60,360 nucleotides of DNA from Bacteroidales bacterium (GCA_017958985.1 JAGDBQ010000126.1:1-60360), one strand, 5' to 3'; shown: positions 38,147 through 51,443, numbered from the stretch's first letter. The notes: generated from the sequence alone by a model not told the origin. Program-made: numbers and translations.

Positions 38147-38543
38147 GGGGATGTTCTGGTTTTGACAGCATCGATTCCGGATGGTAAGCACGCCGGGCTT
38201 CCGGAAGATCTGCCCGTAAAAACCGTTCTTCCATAAATTTAGTTGCTGATAACAACTACGCACTCGCTGCCTAATCGACCAAGTCGTTTAGCTTAATCCG
38301 AACCGCCTAGGCTGCGGTTCCGACGAGTATCCTGCGGACTTTACGCCTTCTATGTTCCGAGTTCAGGGTATCATTCAAGAAGGACGCTCCGGCGGATTCC
38401 TTTAATGCCGGCTAAGATATAAAGGATAAGCTTCGGTTAGCCCGCCTTCCGGCAGGCCGTGGCCGACAATCAAAGGAAGGATAAGCGTGTAGAAAGCTGT
38501 TGGGAACGTTGTTTGGACGGCGGTTCGACTCCGCCCATCTCCA
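38147..38543 (+). ncRNA. ssrA: tmRNA; tag (A)ADNNYALAA* at 38245-38274
   Basis: 5' GGGGATG pairs with 3' CATCTCC-A, including the G3:U alanine determinant; TTTGAC D-like loop; GGCGGTTCGACTCCGCC T-arm; YALAA tag; complete CCA not encoded. Confidence 0.96.
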
Positions 38544-38574
38544 CTGGGAATAACAATACTTATAGAAAACTTTT

Positions 38575-39273
38575 ATGAAGAGAATCGCAATCATTGCTCT
38601 TTCGATGCTGCTCGCAGCACCGGTTTTTGCTCAGAATGAGGAAGGTAGCCTCGATATCATCAAGTCCTCGGATGAAAAAGTCAGCCTTTCGGCCATCGAT
38701 CATTTAGGATATGGTTTCCATTTCGTCAATTCAGAAGCATTCACCCCGAATAAATGGAATTCTGGTGACTTCTTCCTCAACCTCCTGAAGCTGAAGATCC
38801 GCCCTGTCGAGAATTTCGGCATTACCATAAGCGCAGATGTCGACTGGCACTTCTTCTCATCCAAGACACACGCTTTCGTCCTGGATTCCGGGAAGAAGGT
38901 ACAGGCAGCAGATTTCTCCAAAGCTGTGATAGATGCTTCCGCCAAGAACAACCGCGGCCACTTCTATTACACTGCTTTCAACTTCCCCGTCCTGCTCAAG
39001 GGATATTTCGGCAAGTTCCAGATCGGAGCAGGTGCGGAAGCGTCCCTGAATCTGAAGGGCAGCATCCGCTATTCATATGATTATGATGATCTCCATTTCG
39101 AAGTCAGTGAGCAGAAGGCAGAGACCAACAAGTTCTCTTACGGTTTCGTCGCCACTGCTTCTTATGATGGATTAGGAGTATTCTGCAAATACTATCCGAA
39201 GTCATCCAAGATCCTTCCTGACGGGAGCGTCGACCTGAACTTCTTCACCGTAGGCCTCTGCCTCAGTATGTAA
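38575..39273 (+). CDS. Outer-membrane beta-barrel protein
   Basis: Signal peptide VFA|Q; amphipathic strands; FNFPVLL and GAEASLNL patterns typical of small Bacteroidota barrels. Confidence 0.7.
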   Translation: MKRIAIIALSMLLAAPVFAQNEEGSLDIIKSSDEKVSLSAIDHLGYGFHFVNSEAFTPNKWNSGDFFLNLLKLKIRPVENFGITISADVDWHFFSSKTHAFVLDSGKKVQAADFSKAVIDASAKNNRGHFYYTAFNFPVLLKGYFGKFQIGAGAEASLNLKGSIRYSYDYDDLHFEVSEQKAETNKFSYGFVATASYDGLGVFCKYYPKSSKILPDGSVDLNFFTVGLCLSM

Positions 39274-39760
39274 TACCGGCGAGCCTCTGGTAGGCGAGCC
39301 TTTCGGCACCGTCGGCAAGGTAGATGATGCCGCAATACTTGAAGCCGGCTCTGGCAATCACGTGCTGCATAATGTGATTGTCACGGTGAGTGTCTATCCT
39401 GATATTGCCGCACCGGGTGAATGAATAGTCTATGATTTCCTTGAATACCCCCTTGGAAGTCCTGGAACTTGCGATCCTGTGTATCACCATATACGGCAGT
39501 ACGTCGTCGAGCCACTCTCCGTCGATATAGGCGTAAGTAGGCTCAGGTGAAGGGATTATCGCGAAATATGCCATGACCTCTCCGTCGTGGACAACCACCC
39601 TGCCTACTCCCAGTCCGATATCCGAACGGACCTGCTCTTCTCCGGGATACGGGCCCTCCCATTGATGAATATTCCCGTCCGCACGCATTATCTCCCTGGC
39701 TTCTGAAAAAAGCCAGAGTATGGTATCCATATCCTGGTACTCCGCAAGCCTGACCATCAC
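39263..39760 (-). CDS. GNAT family N-acetyltransferase
   Basis: QW..YP, EPTY, VIHRIAS, IRIDTHRDNHIMQ, GFKYCGIIY. Confidence 0.88.
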   Translation of the reverse strand: MMVRLAEYQDMDTILWLFSEAREIMRADGNIHQWEGPYPGEEQVRSDIGLGVGRVVVHDGEVMAYFAIIPSPEPTYAYIDGEWLDDVLPYMVIHRIASSRTSKGVFKEIIDYSFTRCGNIRIDTHRDNHIMQHVIARAGFKYCGIIYLADGAERLAYQRLAGITY

Positions 39761-40581
39761 TCGCCAGGCTGAGAAAGACCATACCGCACAGTATTGCAGG
39801 CAGCCGCAGCTGCCGCTTCGGCGAAGTCCTGACCAGCGGAAGCGTAGAGTATCCCCCTGGAAGAGTTTATCAGGAGGCCGCCTTTGGAATTGGCTCCGTT
39901 GGCGATGACCTCTTCCGAACTGCCGCCCTGGGCCCCGACTCCAGGGACCAGCAGGAAGTTGTCCGGACAGAAACTCCTGATTTCCTTGAGTTTATCTGCC
40001 TTTGTAGCTCCGACTACGAACATCATATTGTCCGGATTGGAGATCTCCATACAGCTTTCGATCACGACTCGGTAAAGAGGCTTGCCCTCCTTGAGGGCCA
40101 GCTGGTAATCAGCCGAAGATGGGTTGGAGGAGAGAGCCACGACGATGGCAAACTTCCCCGGATATTCGAGGAAAGGGGCGACCGTTTCACTGCCCATATA
40201 CGGAGACAGCGTCACGGCGTCGAAGTCGAACGTTTCGAAGAAGGTACCGGCATACATCCTGGCGGTGTTCCCGATGTCTCCGCGCTTGGCGTCCGCAATC
40301 AGGAACTGGTCAGGATAGTTGGTCCTGATGTATTCGACTGTCTTGTCCAAGACCCGCAGGCCTTCCGGTCCGAGACTCTCGTAGAAAGCAAGATTGGGCT
40401 TGTAAGCGACACAGTAAGGCTGGGTGGCGTCGATAATCCGCTTGTTGAATTCAAGGACGGCTTCCGGGGCAGTCCTGCCCTGTCTCACGCACTCCGGGAC
40501 CTTCCGGACATCAGTGTCCAGCCCGACGCAGAGCATCGTGCCTTTCCGCAGGATCCGGGAATACAGGAGCTCGCTAGTCAT
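39757..40581 (-). CDS. pyrF: Orotidine-5'-phosphate decarboxylase
   Basis: LCVGLD, AYKPNLAFYE, DAKRGDIGNT, VVGAT, PGVGAQGG, NSSRGILYAS. Confidence 0.96.
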   Translation of the reverse strand: MTSELLYSRILRKGTMLCVGLDTDVRKVPECVRQGRTAPEAVLEFNKRIIDATQPYCVAYKPNLAFYESLGPEGLRVLDKTVEYIRTNYPDQFLIADAKRGDIGNTARMYAGTFFETFDFDAVTLSPYMGSETVAPFLEYPGKFAIVVALSSNPSSADYQLALKEGKPLYRVVIESCMEISNPDNMMFVVGATKADKLKEIRSFCPDNFLLVPGVGAQGGSSEEVIANGANSKGGLLINSSRGILYASAGQDFAEAAAAAACNTVRYGLSQPGE

Positions 40582-41938
40582 AGTATTCGTAGAATTTCTC
40601 TATGCACTCCATCCCGGCGAAGAACTGCTTGAGGAGATAGCTCTCGTTAGGGGAATGGATGGTGTCCCTCTCAAGGCCGAAGCCCATCAGGAGAGGATCC
40701 ACGTGAAGGATCTTCTGCATCTGGGCGAGCACGGCTATGCTGCCGCCGCCGCGGCTCGGAACCGGCTGGATACCATATACTTCCTCCATAGCCTTCGATG
40801 CCGCCTGGAAGGCAGGAGACGAAATAGGGATGAGGAAACCTTCTCCTCCTTCACAAGGCTTCACCTCGATCCTGCAGTATTTAGGTGCGATCTTTTCGAG
40901 ATGCTTCTTGAAGAGTCTGGTAATCTTGGCGCTGTCCTGGTCCGGGACGAGACGCATCGATATCTTGGCGTGGGCAACGGAAGGCAATACCGTTTTTGCG
41001 CCCTCGCCTGTATAACCGCCCCATATTCCGCACACATCCAGGCAAGGCCTGATTCCTATCCGCTCCAAAGGCTTGTAGCCTTTCTCTCCGCGGAGTGCTT
41101 TGACTCCGACGGAATCCATGAACTCCTTCATCTCGAACGGTGCCCTGGCAAGCTGTGCCCTGTCCTTGCGCGAAAGCTCGACGACATCGTCATAGAAGCC
41201 AGGTATGGTTACCCGTCCGTCCTTGTCGATGAGACCGGATATTATGTCGCACAGGGTCTGGATCGGGTTGGCGACCGTACCGCCGTAATGGCCTGAGTGC
41301 AGATCCTTGTCAGGCCCCGTGAGCGTTACTTCCAGATAAGCCATCCCGCGCATTCCACAATTGATGGAAGGCACCTTTTCCGAAATCATCGTAGTATCGG
41401 AGACCAGGATGACATCGGACTTCAGCAAGGACCTATGCTCACGCACCCACTGAGGGAGGGAGGGGCTGCCGATCTCTTCCTCGCCTTCGAATATGAATTT
41501 AACGTTGTGCCTGAGCTTACCTGTACGGACAAGATACTCGAATGCCTTGATGTGCATGAAGAGCTGTCCCTTGTCGTCATTGGCCCCACGGGCATATATA
41601 GCCTCGCGTCCTGTCGGATCTTTCTTGATGACCGGCTCGAACGGGTCCGTGTCCCACTTCTCGAGCGGCTCCGGAGGCTGGACATCATAATGGCCGTAGA
41701 CCAGGACGGTGGAAAGACCAGGATCGACGGTCTTCCTGGCAAACACCACCGGATTGCCATCGCTTGGATAGACTTCTGCTTCGTCGGCGCCGGCTTCCAT
41801 CAGCAGGACGGCAAGCCTTTCGGCACAACGGCGCATATCTTCCTTGTGTTCCTTCTTCGCGCTTACCGAAGGAATCCTGAGGAGCGAAAAGAGTTCCTCG
41901 TAGAAACGCTCCTTGTTGTCTTGGATGTATTTCTTCAT
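40574..41938 (-). CDS. M20 family dipeptidase
   Basis: [34 protein letters not shown]. Confidence 0.93.
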   Translation of the reverse strand: MKKYIQDNKERFYEELFSLLRIPSVSAKKEHKEDMRRCAERLAVLLMEAGADEAEVYPSDGNPVVFARKTVDPGLSTVLVYGHYDVQPPEPLEKWDTDPFEPVIKKDPTGREAIYARGANDDKGQLFMHIKAFEYLVRTGKLRHNVKFIFEGEEEIGSPSLPQWVREHRSLLKSDVILVSDTTMISEKVPSINCGMRGMAYLEVTLTGPDKDLHSGHYGGTVANPIQTLCDIISGLIDKDGRVTIPGFYDDVVELSRKDRAQLARAPFEMKEFMDSVGVKALRGEKGYKPLERIGIRPCLDVCGIWGGYTGEGAKTVLPSVAHAKISMRLVPDQDSAKITRLFKKHLEKIAPKYCRIEVKPCEGGEGFLIPISSPAFQAASKAMEEVYGIQPVPSRGGGSIAVLAQMQKILHVDPLLMGFGLERDTIHSPNESYLLKQFFAGMECIEKFYEYYD

Positions 41939-43167
41939 ATCCGGATGTTGTTTTCAAGTTTCTTGCGGGCGTAGTCCAGGGTGACGGTGAAAGTCTTCTT
42001 CCCTGAAGAAGGAGCATCGAACATCGCGTCATCGAATATCTGCTCGCAGATCGAGCGGAGGCCGCGTGCTCCAAGCTTGTTGGTTATGGCCGTGTCGACA
42101 ATGAGTTCCTTGACCCCTTCCGCGATCTTCAAGGTAATACCGTCCATCTCGAAAAGCTTCTTGTACTGCTTCAGGATGGCGTTTTTCGGTTCCGTAAGGA
42201 TCCTCATCAAGGCGTCCTTGTCAAGGGCGTCCAGATAGGTGACCACCGGAAGGCGGCCTATGATTTCAGGGATGAGACCGTAAGCCCGAAGGTCCTGGGC
42301 GTCGACGTATTTCAAAAGATTGTCCTTGTCGATACGCTGCTTCTTCGAGGCCCCGAAGCCGATTACCTGGGTATTCAGCCTCTGGGCGATATGCCTCTCT
42401 ATCCCTTCGAAAGCTCCTCCGCAGATGAATAGGATGTTCTGGGTGTCGACGTGGATGAACTCCTGCTCAGGATGCTTGCGTCCCCCTTTCGGCGGAACGT
42501 TTATCACATTGCCTTCCAGGAGTTTCAGCATCGCCTGCTGGACGCCTTCACCTGAAACGTCACGTGTAATGGACGGATTGTCTCCCTTCCGGGCGATCTT
42601 GTCCAGTTCGTCGATGAACACTATCCCCCTTTCCGCCTTTGCGACATCGAAGTCCGCCTCCTGGAGCAGACGGGTTAGCAGGCTCTCGACATCCTCGCCC
42701 ACATATCCGGCTTCCGTAAGGACAGTCGCATCCACGATGGTGAAAGGGACATCCAGCATCTTCGCGATGGTCTTGGCCAGAAGGGTCTTGCCGGTACCCG
42801 TAGGCCCCACCAGGAGGATGTTGGACTTCTCCAGTTCGACATCGTCCCCGATCCCGTCTACAAGATTGTGATTGATGCGCTTGTAGTGATTGTAGACGGC
42901 GACTGAAAGCATCTTCTTGGCTCTGTCCTGCCCGATGACGTACTGGTCCAGGAAGGCCTTGATCTCGGAAGGTGTCTTGAGGTTGTCAAGCCTTTCCGGA
43001 CCGGCCGCAGCAGGCTTCGGGCTGACCGTGTCCTTCAGGTAATCGTGAGCCAGTTCCACGCAGTCGCTGCAGATGAAGCCCTCGATTCCTTGCAGGAGGT
43101 AAGGGACTTCATTGTCAGTCCTGCCGCAGAACATACAGTGATGCTGCGATGTCTTCTTCTGGGACAT
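41935..43167 (-). CDS. clpX: ATP-dependent Clp protease ATP-binding subunit
   Basis: CMFC..CSDC zinc domain, [22 protein letters not shown] loop; ATG 43167 overlaps the clpP stop (TAATG). Confidence 0.97.
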   Translation of the reverse strand: MSQKKTSQHHCMFCGRTDNEVPYLLQGIEGFICSDCVELAHDYLKDTVSPKPAAAGPERLDNLKTPSEIKAFLDQYVIGQDRAKKMLSVAVYNHYKRINHNLVDGIGDDVELEKSNILLVGPTGTGKTLLAKTIAKMLDVPFTIVDATVLTEAGYVGEDVESLLTRLLQEADFDVAKAERGIVFIDELDKIARKGDNPSITRDVSGEGVQQAMLKLLEGNVINVPPKGGRKHPEQEFIHVDTQNILFICGGAFEGIERHIAQRLNTQVIGFGASKKQRIDKDNLLKYVDAQDLRAYGLIPEIIGRLPVVTYLDALDKDALMRILTEPKNAILKQYKKLFEMDGITLKIAEGVKELIVDTAITNKLGARGLRSICEQIFDDAMFDAPSSGKKTFTVTLDYARKKLENNIRI

Positions 43168-43838
43168 TACTTGGATTTCTTCGAAAGGATCTCGTCCACC
43201 ATCCCATATTCCAGGGCCTCGGTGGCCGTCATCCAATAGTCCCTGTCGGCATCTGCGAACACCTTCTCGTAAGGTTGTCCGGAGTGCTCGGAGATTATTT
43301 CGTAAAGCTCCTTGCGGGTCTTCTCGATCTCCTTGGCGGCGATCATTATGTCTGATGCCTGGCCCTGGGCCCCTCCCAATGGCTGATGGATGAGGACCTT
43401 GGAGTGAGGCAGGCAGGAACGCTTGCCCTTGGCTCCGGCGCAGAGCAGCACAGAGCCCATCGAAGCGGCCATCCCGGTACAGATGGTAGCCACGTCAGGT
43501 TCGACGAGCTGCATCGTGTCATAGATGGCGAGACCTGATGTAACCTGCCCCCCGGGAGTATTGATATACAGGGATATATCGGCTCCCGGATCGGTAGAAG
43601 CAAGGAAAAGCAGCTGGGCCTGGATTATATTCGCCACGTCGTCGTCGATAGGGACGCCGAGGAATATGATCCTGTCCATCATAAGGCGGCTGAAGACATC
43701 CATTGACGCCACGTTCAGCTTCCTTTCCTCAATGATCGTAGGGTTGATGTAAGCATCGACCGCACGCTCATACCTGTCCAGGGTCAAGGAACTGAGTCTC
43801 CTCTCCCCTGCGGCGAATTTCTTGAATTCCTTGTCCAT
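43167..43838 (-). CDS. clpP: Clp protease proteolytic subunit
   Basis: [28 protein letters not shown] catalytic triad. Confidence 0.97.
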   Translation of the reverse strand: MDKEFKKFAAGERRLSSLTLDRYERAVDAYINPTIIEERKLNVASMDVFSRLMMDRIIFLGVPIDDDVANIIQAQLLFLASTDPGADISLYINTPGGQVTSGLAIYDTMQLVEPDVATICTGMAASMGSVLLCAGAKGKRSCLPHSKVLIHQPLGGAQGQASDIMIAAKEIEKTRKELYEIISEHSGQPYEKVFADADRDYWMTATEALEYGMVDEILSKKSK

Positions 43839-43839
43839 A

Positions 43840-45156
43840 TTATTTCAATTCGCGGAATTTCTCTTCCGTGATCTTCTTCTTTGTCAACGTGATCTTCTCC
43901 TTGACCGCAGCCAGGACCTTCTCGTTCTCCACATTCTCTTCGAGATTCCGGATCTGACGTTCGTCCTTCAGCATTTCCATCGCGGCATCCGTAAGGATCT
44001 GGTCAGGGACATTGCCCATTCCGTACATAGCGTACTGGTAAGCAGCATAAGCCTTGGCGGCCTCGACCATCTCCTTGTCCTCGATCTTGAGGTCGAACTT
44101 CTTCATCAGATAGCCGCGCACAAGCTGCCAGCGGAAATCCTCCAGGAAGGAATCGAATTCCTTCTCGACATCCTCCTTGCTGAACTTCTCCTTGTTGTTC
44201 TCATACAGCCACCTCTTCAGGAAAGCTTCCGGAACCTTTACGTCCGCCTTGGCTACGAGGTACTTGCGGATATCCTGGGAAAGCCTGTAGTCAGTCTCCT
44301 GGCGGTAATTCGCCTCGAGCCTTTCGGCGATCTTAGCGTCGAATCCCTCAGCCTCCTTCACTACGTCCTTGCCGAATACCTTGTCATAGGTCTCCTGGTT
44401 CTCCTCTGCAGGCACGAAGGTCTTGACATTGACGATGGCAACCTTCCACTTCGGAGCCATAGCGGCAAGCTCGTCCTTCTTCATCTTGAGCATCGAAGCC
44501 CTGTCCGTCTCGTTGGTGAAAGCCTTGGTGACATCGACATCGAAGGTGTCGCCGACCTTGGCGCCGAGGAACTTCTTCTTGGCAGTACCCTCGACCTTGT
44601 TGACCTGTACATAGACTCCTTCGGCCTTCTGCTCGCCCTGCTGGAAGTCGACGATCACATAATCGTCTTCTCCTGCAGACTCGGCTTCCTGAAGCTCTCC
44701 GTACTGGCGGAGGATATTCTCCTTCATATCAGCCTTGGCCTTGTCTGTCACTTCGATCTTGTAATTGGTCACCTTGTCTTCCTTGCCGACCTCGATATCG
44801 ATCTCAGGTGAGAGGCCCATGTCGAACTTGAATTCGAAATCGTTGCCGTCCACCCATTCGTTCTCTTTCTGTGACTCGCTTGGTATCGGTTCGCCCAGGA
44901 TGTGGAGGCCGTTGTCCTTGATGAAGCTGTCCAGCTGCTCGGAAAGGATTCCGTTGATAGCCTCGTAAAGGGCCTGGTCACCGTAGATCTTCTTTACCAT
45001 CTGCGGAGGGACCATTCCCTTGCGGAAACCTTTGAAGTCTGCGTTCCTCCTGTAGGCAGCGAGCCTTTTCTTCACCTGGTCGGCATAGTCCTCGGCCTTG
45101 AGGGCAACGGTAAGTTCGACGTTCAGGTCATCGATCTGATTCTTGATTACTTCCAT
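43840..45156 (-). CDS. tig: Trigger factor
   Basis: GFRKGMVP ribosome-binding signature; FLKRWL; tig-clpP-clpX order. Confidence 0.95.
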   Translation of the reverse strand: MEVIKNQIDDLNVELTVALKAEDYADQVKKRLAAYRRNADFKGFRKGMVPPQMVKKIYGDQALYEAINGILSEQLDSFIKDNGLHILGEPIPSESQKENEWVDGNDFEFKFDMGLSPEIDIEVGKEDKVTNYKIEVTDKAKADMKENILRQYGELQEAESAGEDDYVIVDFQQGEQKAEGVYVQVNKVEGTAKKKFLGAKVGDTFDVDVTKAFTNETDRASMLKMKKDELAAMAPKWKVAIVNVKTFVPAEENQETYDKVFGKDVVKEAEGFDAKIAERLEANYRQETDYRLSQDIRKYLVAKADVKVPEAFLKRWLYENNKEKFSKEDVEKEFDSFLEDFRWQLVRGYLMKKFDLKIEDKEMVEAAKAYAAYQYAMYGMGNVPDQILTDAAMEMLKDERQIRNLEENVENEKVLAAVKEKITLTKKKITEEKFRELK

Positions 45157-45185
45157 AATTGTTTACTGTATTGTTATTTGTTCAT

Positions 45186-47228
45186 TCATTTCTGCCTGTT
45201 GGGGTAGACCACTCTCTCGTGATATACCTGGGAAAGGTAGTTCTTGAGGACTTCCTTCACGATATTCAGCTGCCTGATGGTGATGTCAGCCTTGTCGAAC
45301 TGCCCCATATTCATCTTCCCCGCAACTATATTCTCCACGAAGGCGTCGAATGCCTCCGGTGAAGTATCTTTCAATGTCCTGGAGGCTGCCTCAAGGCTGT
45401 CGCAGACCATAAGGATGATCTGCTCTTTCGTCCTCGGCTCCCCTCCCTTGTAGAAGAAGCAGTCCGCATCGTGCGGATCTCCTCCCGCATTGAGGTATTT
45501 GGTATAGAAATACCCTGTATTCGAAGTTCCGTGATGGGTCCTTATGAAATCCTTGACTACATCCGGAAGCTTGTGTTTATCAGCAAGTTCCAATCCGTCG
45601 GACACGTGCTTTATGATAGCTGTGGCGCTTTCCTTTGCCGACAGGCCTTCGTGGTAACGTGCTCCTCCGGGCGACATATTCTCGTTCTCAATGAAGCAGA
45701 GAGGATTCTGCATCTTACCGATGTCGTGGTAGAGGGCTCCGGCACGGACAAGAAGGGCATTGGCATCTATAGCGCGGGCTGCCGCATCGCACATATTCAT
45801 AACCTGGAGGGAATGCTGGAAAGTACCCGGAGCCTTGTGCTCGAGATCCCTCAGAAGTGCGTTGTTGGTATCGCAGAGTTCCCTGAGGCGGGAATCGGAC
45901 ACCAAGTTGAACATCCTCTCGAACAGATAGATAAGCGGATATCCTGCCACCGTCAGCATCGATCCCACGAACATGAAGAGGACCGCCTGATAAGGATCTC
46001 CGTTAGCCATTCCGATCAGCCTGAATCCGGTATAGGTTATGACCAGGCTGACAAAAACTATCGCGGCGGTGATGAACTGCTGCCAACCCCTGTTGAAATA
46101 CTTGAATGCAAACACCGCCACGACGCTCGCTACGGTGAACATTACGAAAAGTACAACGCCGTTGTTGGAGAATATCAGCAGCGGCATAAATGACACCAGG
46201 CAGACAGACAGGTTCATCTTGTTCTTGAAGAAGGCCTCGAGGAAGAGCGCTGTCAGGGTGAAAGGCACCATATAGAGGAACTTAGGGCCGAACTTGTTCA
46301 CCGCCAGGGTGGCCACGGTGGTTATCAGGAATATGAACAGCAGGTACCAGAACCTGTTGGTCTCCTTGAATATCCTCTTGTTGAGGAAATAGGTGAGCAG
46401 GTAGAGCAGCACCGTCAGCACGAGAGCGATGGTGGCGTTCCCCAGCCAGAAAAGAATCCTGGGGCCCCCATAGCCCATACTGCTCTCATATTCGACTTTG
46501 TACGAATCGAGCATCTGGGCGACCTCGGCAGTGACTATCTCTCCTTCCGAGACTATCAGCTGGCCGGCGCTTACGAAACCCTGAGTGGTGGATATCTGTG
46601 CAGAGGACTCCGAATTCACAAGGTCGGTAGTCCTGGAGTCGTATTCAAGGTTTGGATTGACCAGGTCATATACTCCTGTTGACCGCAGGACCGAATCCAC
46701 GTTGACGGAAGGATACTTCTTCGACACGTCTGCGAGCAGCCTGGCCTTGGCCTCGGACTCTTTGAACACCTCCGTTACCGGACGTTTGGAAACCCTCTTT
46801 TCACGATGGATGTAAAGGACCGACGTTGCAGGATCCTCGCCCTTGTCGATTTTCACACCCTCATCTGATACGACTCCGCTGGAATATATCGCATCCAGGG
46901 AGGACACGACCTGGGGCCGCAGCTGGGAATACTTTCCGAAGTCTGCCTCGTCTATTCCTTTCTTGGTATTGTCGACAACCTCCTGGCGATACCTGTAGTA
47001 CGGTATGTCCACCGATTTGTTCTTGCTCCTTTCCTCCCTGATCTGCTCGTCGGTCTTGAGGATAGGGAAATCGAACTGGGCGATCAATGTCTCATACGGC
47101 CAGGGAGAACCCTTGCGATAGTCATAGCTGAACTTCGCCGTCCTGGGGAAAAGGACGGTCAGGAGAGCAAACAGGATGGCCAGCGGAACGAATACCCTGT
47201 TGTTGATGGTGATTCGGGGAAGTTTCAT
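45186..47228 (-). CDS. 7TM-HD (HDIG) phosphohydrolase, PgpH-like
   Basis: N-terminal TM, extracytoplasmic domain, 7 TMs, APGTFQHS, YHDIGK, FIEN, HHGT, DSLEAASR; ATG 47228. Confidence 0.9.
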   Translation of the reverse strand: MKLPRITINNRVFVPLAILFALLTVLFPRTAKFSYDYRKGSPWPYETLIAQFDFPILKTDEQIREERSKNKSVDIPYYRYRQEVVDNTKKGIDEADFGKYSQLRPQVVSSLDAIYSSGVVSDEGVKIDKGEDPATSVLYIHREKRVSKRPVTEVFKESEAKARLLADVSKKYPSVNVDSVLRSTGVYDLVNPNLEYDSRTTDLVNSESSAQISTTQGFVSAGQLIVSEGEIVTAEVAQMLDSYKVEYESSMGYGGPRILFWLGNATIALVLTVLLYLLTYFLNKRIFKETNRFWYLLFIFLITTVATLAVNKFGPKFLYMVPFTLTALFLEAFFKNKMNLSVCLVSFMPLLIFSNNGVVLFVMFTVASVVAVFAFKYFNRGWQQFITAAIVFVSLVITYTGFRLIGMANGDPYQAVLFMFVGSMLTVAGYPLIYLFERMFNLVSDSRLRELCDTNNALLRDLEHKAPGTFQHSLQVMNMCDAAARAIDANALLVRAGALYHDIGKMQNPLCFIENENMSPGGARYHEGLSAKESATAIIKHVSDGLELADKHKLPDVVKDFIRTHHGTSNTGYFYTKYLNAGGDPHDADCFFYKGGEPRTKEQIILMVCDSLEAASRTLKDTSPEAFDAFVENIVAGKMNMGQFDKADITIRQLNIVKEVLKNYLSQVYHERVVYPNRQK

Positions 47229-47236
47229 ACGGTGAG

Positions 47237-48058
47237 CTATTTGAAAGGGCTTCCCGCCTCTTTGGATATGAACCTGTACGTCAGGGAATCCATAAGCCTC
47301 GGAAACAGATTGTGGGCGAGTACGGACATCTTGCCCAGACCGGTGAGCACCACCTGGGACTTCCTCTTGCGTAGGCTTCGGGCAAGGTGGAGGGCGCACT
47401 CCTCTGCACTCATAAGCTTATCCTCCTTGAGCGGAGTCTCTCCCTGAGGAGTACCGTCGGCCGTCAATGCAGCCTTCCGGACATTTGAATCAGTATATCC
47501 CGGAGCGAACACGAGGACGTTCAGGCCGTCCTTCAGATGCTCGATGCGGAGGGTGTCGAGGAAACCTCGGATAGCATATTTCGATGCCGAATATCCGGTC
47601 CTGGCAGGGAGCGCCGTGAAGCCTGCGACTGAAATGATGCCGGCGACCTGCCCCTTGGACTCAAGCAGATATGGCAGTGCGAACTTCGTGCACTGGACCG
47701 TGCCCCAGAAATTGACATCCATAAGGGAATGGATGACACTCAGGTCAAGGTCCTCGAACATCGCACGCATAGAGATACCGGCATTGTTGACAAGGATGTC
47801 GATCTTCCCGAATCTCTTCACTGCCTCGTCAATGAGGTTGCGGCAATCATCCTCCCTGGTGACATCTGTCCTGACGCACAGGACACTGTCGGCATCAGGG
47901 CTTACAGAAGGGGCAAGTCCGACAAGTTTATCATACGACCTCGCCGCCATCACCACCTTGGCTCCGAGGGAACCGAACAGGCGGGCAGAAGCCAACCCGA
48001 TACCCGAGCTGGCTCCCGTGATGATTACCACCTTATCCTTGAAATAGCTTGACCGCAT
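47237..48058 (-). CDS. Short-chain dehydrogenase/reductase, candidate 3-ketocapnine reductase
   Basis: TGASSGIG, AARS, NNAG, YSASK; directly downstream of the SulA-like gene. Confidence 0.85.
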   Translation of the reverse strand: MRSSYFKDKVVIITGASSGIGLASARLFGSLGAKVVMAARSYDKLVGLAPSVSPDADSVLCVRTDVTREDDCRNLIDEAVKRFGKIDILVNNAGISMRAMFEDLDLSVIHSLMDVNFWGTVQCTKFALPYLLESKGQVAGIISVAGFTALPARTGYSASKYAIRGFLDTLRIEHLKDGLNVLVFAPGYTDSNVRKAALTADGTPQGETPLKEDKLMSAEECALHLARSLRKRKSQVVLTGLGKMSVLAHNLFPRLMDSLTYRFISKEAGSPFK

Positions 48059-48087
48059 ATTTAAGGCATTGATTAATATTTAGTTAT

Positions 48088-49353
48088 CTACTCCATCACC
48101 GTCATAGCCGCGATATCGTCGCCATCATAGAGGCCGGCATCCAGCTTTTTCTTGATCTCCTTGAAAGCGTTGAGTGTGTATTCTACATCTTCCATCGAAT
48201 GTGCGGCAGTGGAAACGATCCTGAATATGATCATTCCCTTAGGGATGACCGGGTAGATGACCATCGAGCAGAATATCTTGTAATTCTCGCGAAGGTCCTT
48301 GGCCATCTTGGTAGCCTGGGCGACTCCACCCTTGATATGGACAGGGGTCACGCAAGCCTCGGCTTCGCCGATATCGAATCCTTCGGCCTTGAAGCCGTCC
48401 TGGATCGCGTGGGTGATCTTCCAGCATTTGGCACGGAGTTCGTCCCCTTCAGGGGAATCAATGATCTCCATCCTCTTTATGTTTCCGAGAACCAGAGGCA
48501 TAGGCAGCGACTTGGCGTACATCTGCGAACGCATATTGGCCCTGAGATAGTTGATGATCTTGTGCGGACCGGCCACGAATCCTCCGATGGATGCCATACT
48601 CTTCGCGAAGGCACCGATGTAGAGGTCTATTCCGTCCATCACGCCGAAATGCTCGGAAGTACCGCGTCCGTGCTCTCCGAGGAGCCCGAAGCCGTGAGCG
48701 TCGTCAATCAGTATCCTGAAATCGTACTTCTGCTTGAGGGCGACTATCTCGTCCAGCTTGCCGAGGGCTCCGGTCATACCGTAGACACCTTCAGTGATCA
48801 GGAGGACTCCGCCACCGTTCTCGTCAGCCTCCTTGCAAGCCCTGGCCAGGACTTTCTCGCAATCGGCGATATTGTTGTGACGGTATTTGTACTTGCTGCC
48901 GATATGCAGACGGATTCCGTCCAGAAGGCAGGCGTGGCACTCTGCATCGTACACGATCACATCGTGACGGGCGGTGAGGGCATCGATCGTGGAGACTATT
49001 CCCTGGTATCCGAAATTGTAGAGGAAAGCATCCTCCTTCTTCTCGAACTCGGCGAAGATACGCTCGAGTTTCTCGTGGTAGCGGGTGTGGCCGGACATCA
49101 TCCTGGCACCCATAGGGTAAGCCAGTCCCCAGTCCGCTGCTGCCTGTGCGTCAGCCTTCCTGACTTCCGGGTGGTTTGCCAGCCCGAGGTAGTTGTTCAG
49201 GGACCAGTTGAGGACGGGGATGCCGTTGAATGTCATATGCGGTCCCAGTTCACCCTCCAGACGAGGATACATATAGTAGCCGAAACCTTGTTCGAAATAC
49301 TGGCCGATAGGGCCTCCGGAATCTCTCTCGATCCTGTCGAAAATATCAAGCAT
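48088..49353 (-). CDS. sulA: PLP alpha-oxoamine synthase, probable cysteate acyl-ACP transferase (SulA/CapB type)
   Basis: NNYLGL, PMGARMMSG, NFGYQG, DDAHG, FAK251S PLP lysine, SQMYAK281S where SPTs have FSAS; resembles my recollection of Alistipes SulA. Confidence 0.8.
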   Translation of the reverse strand: MLDIFDRIERDSGGPIGQYFEQGFGYYMYPRLEGELGPHMTFNGIPVLNWSLNNYLGLANHPEVRKADAQAAADWGLAYPMGARMMSGHTRYHEKLERIFAEFEKKEDAFLYNFGYQGIVSTIDALTARHDVIVYDAECHACLLDGIRLHIGSKYKYRHNNIADCEKVLARACKEADENGGGVLLITEGVYGMTGALGKLDEIVALKQKYDFRILIDDAHGFGLLGEHGRGTSEHFGVMDGIDLYIGAFAKSMASIGGFVAGPHKIINYLRANMRSQMYAKSLPMPLVLGNIKRMEIIDSPEGDELRAKCWKITHAIQDGFKAEGFDIGEAEACVTPVHIKGGVAQATKMAKDLRENYKIFCSMVIYPVIPKGMIIFRIVSTAAHSMEDVEYTLNAFKEIKKKLDAGLYDGDDIAAMTVME

Positions 49354-49367
49354 ATTCGTATTGGTTA

Positions 49368-51386
<2,019 letters not shown>

Positions 51387-51426
51387 TCATAATCCGCCCG
51401 TTCCAGAGGGCATTCCTTAAAACAGA

Positions 51427-51434
51427 CAAATATA
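51427..51434 (-). promoter_or_regulatory. -7 box for gyrB
   Basis: TATATTTG on - strand ~50 bp upstream of the ATG. Confidence 0.6.
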
Positions 51435-51443
51435 CGAAAAAAT

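Noticed and set aside
38054-38263. N-terminal extension of the CapA-NlpC ORF to 38263
   Set aside because: It overlaps the tmRNA and its promoter; the signal peptide begins at ATG 38053.
38500-39300. Genomic island integrated at the tmRNA 3' end
   Set aside because: I saw no duplicated ssrA 3' fragment and no integrase; ordinary genes follow.
48088-49353. BioF or serine palmitoyltransferase call
   Set aside because: No bio genes nearby, and Lys281 plus the PMGARMMSG/NFGYQG motifs fit the SulA type better; not formally excluded without a phylogeny.
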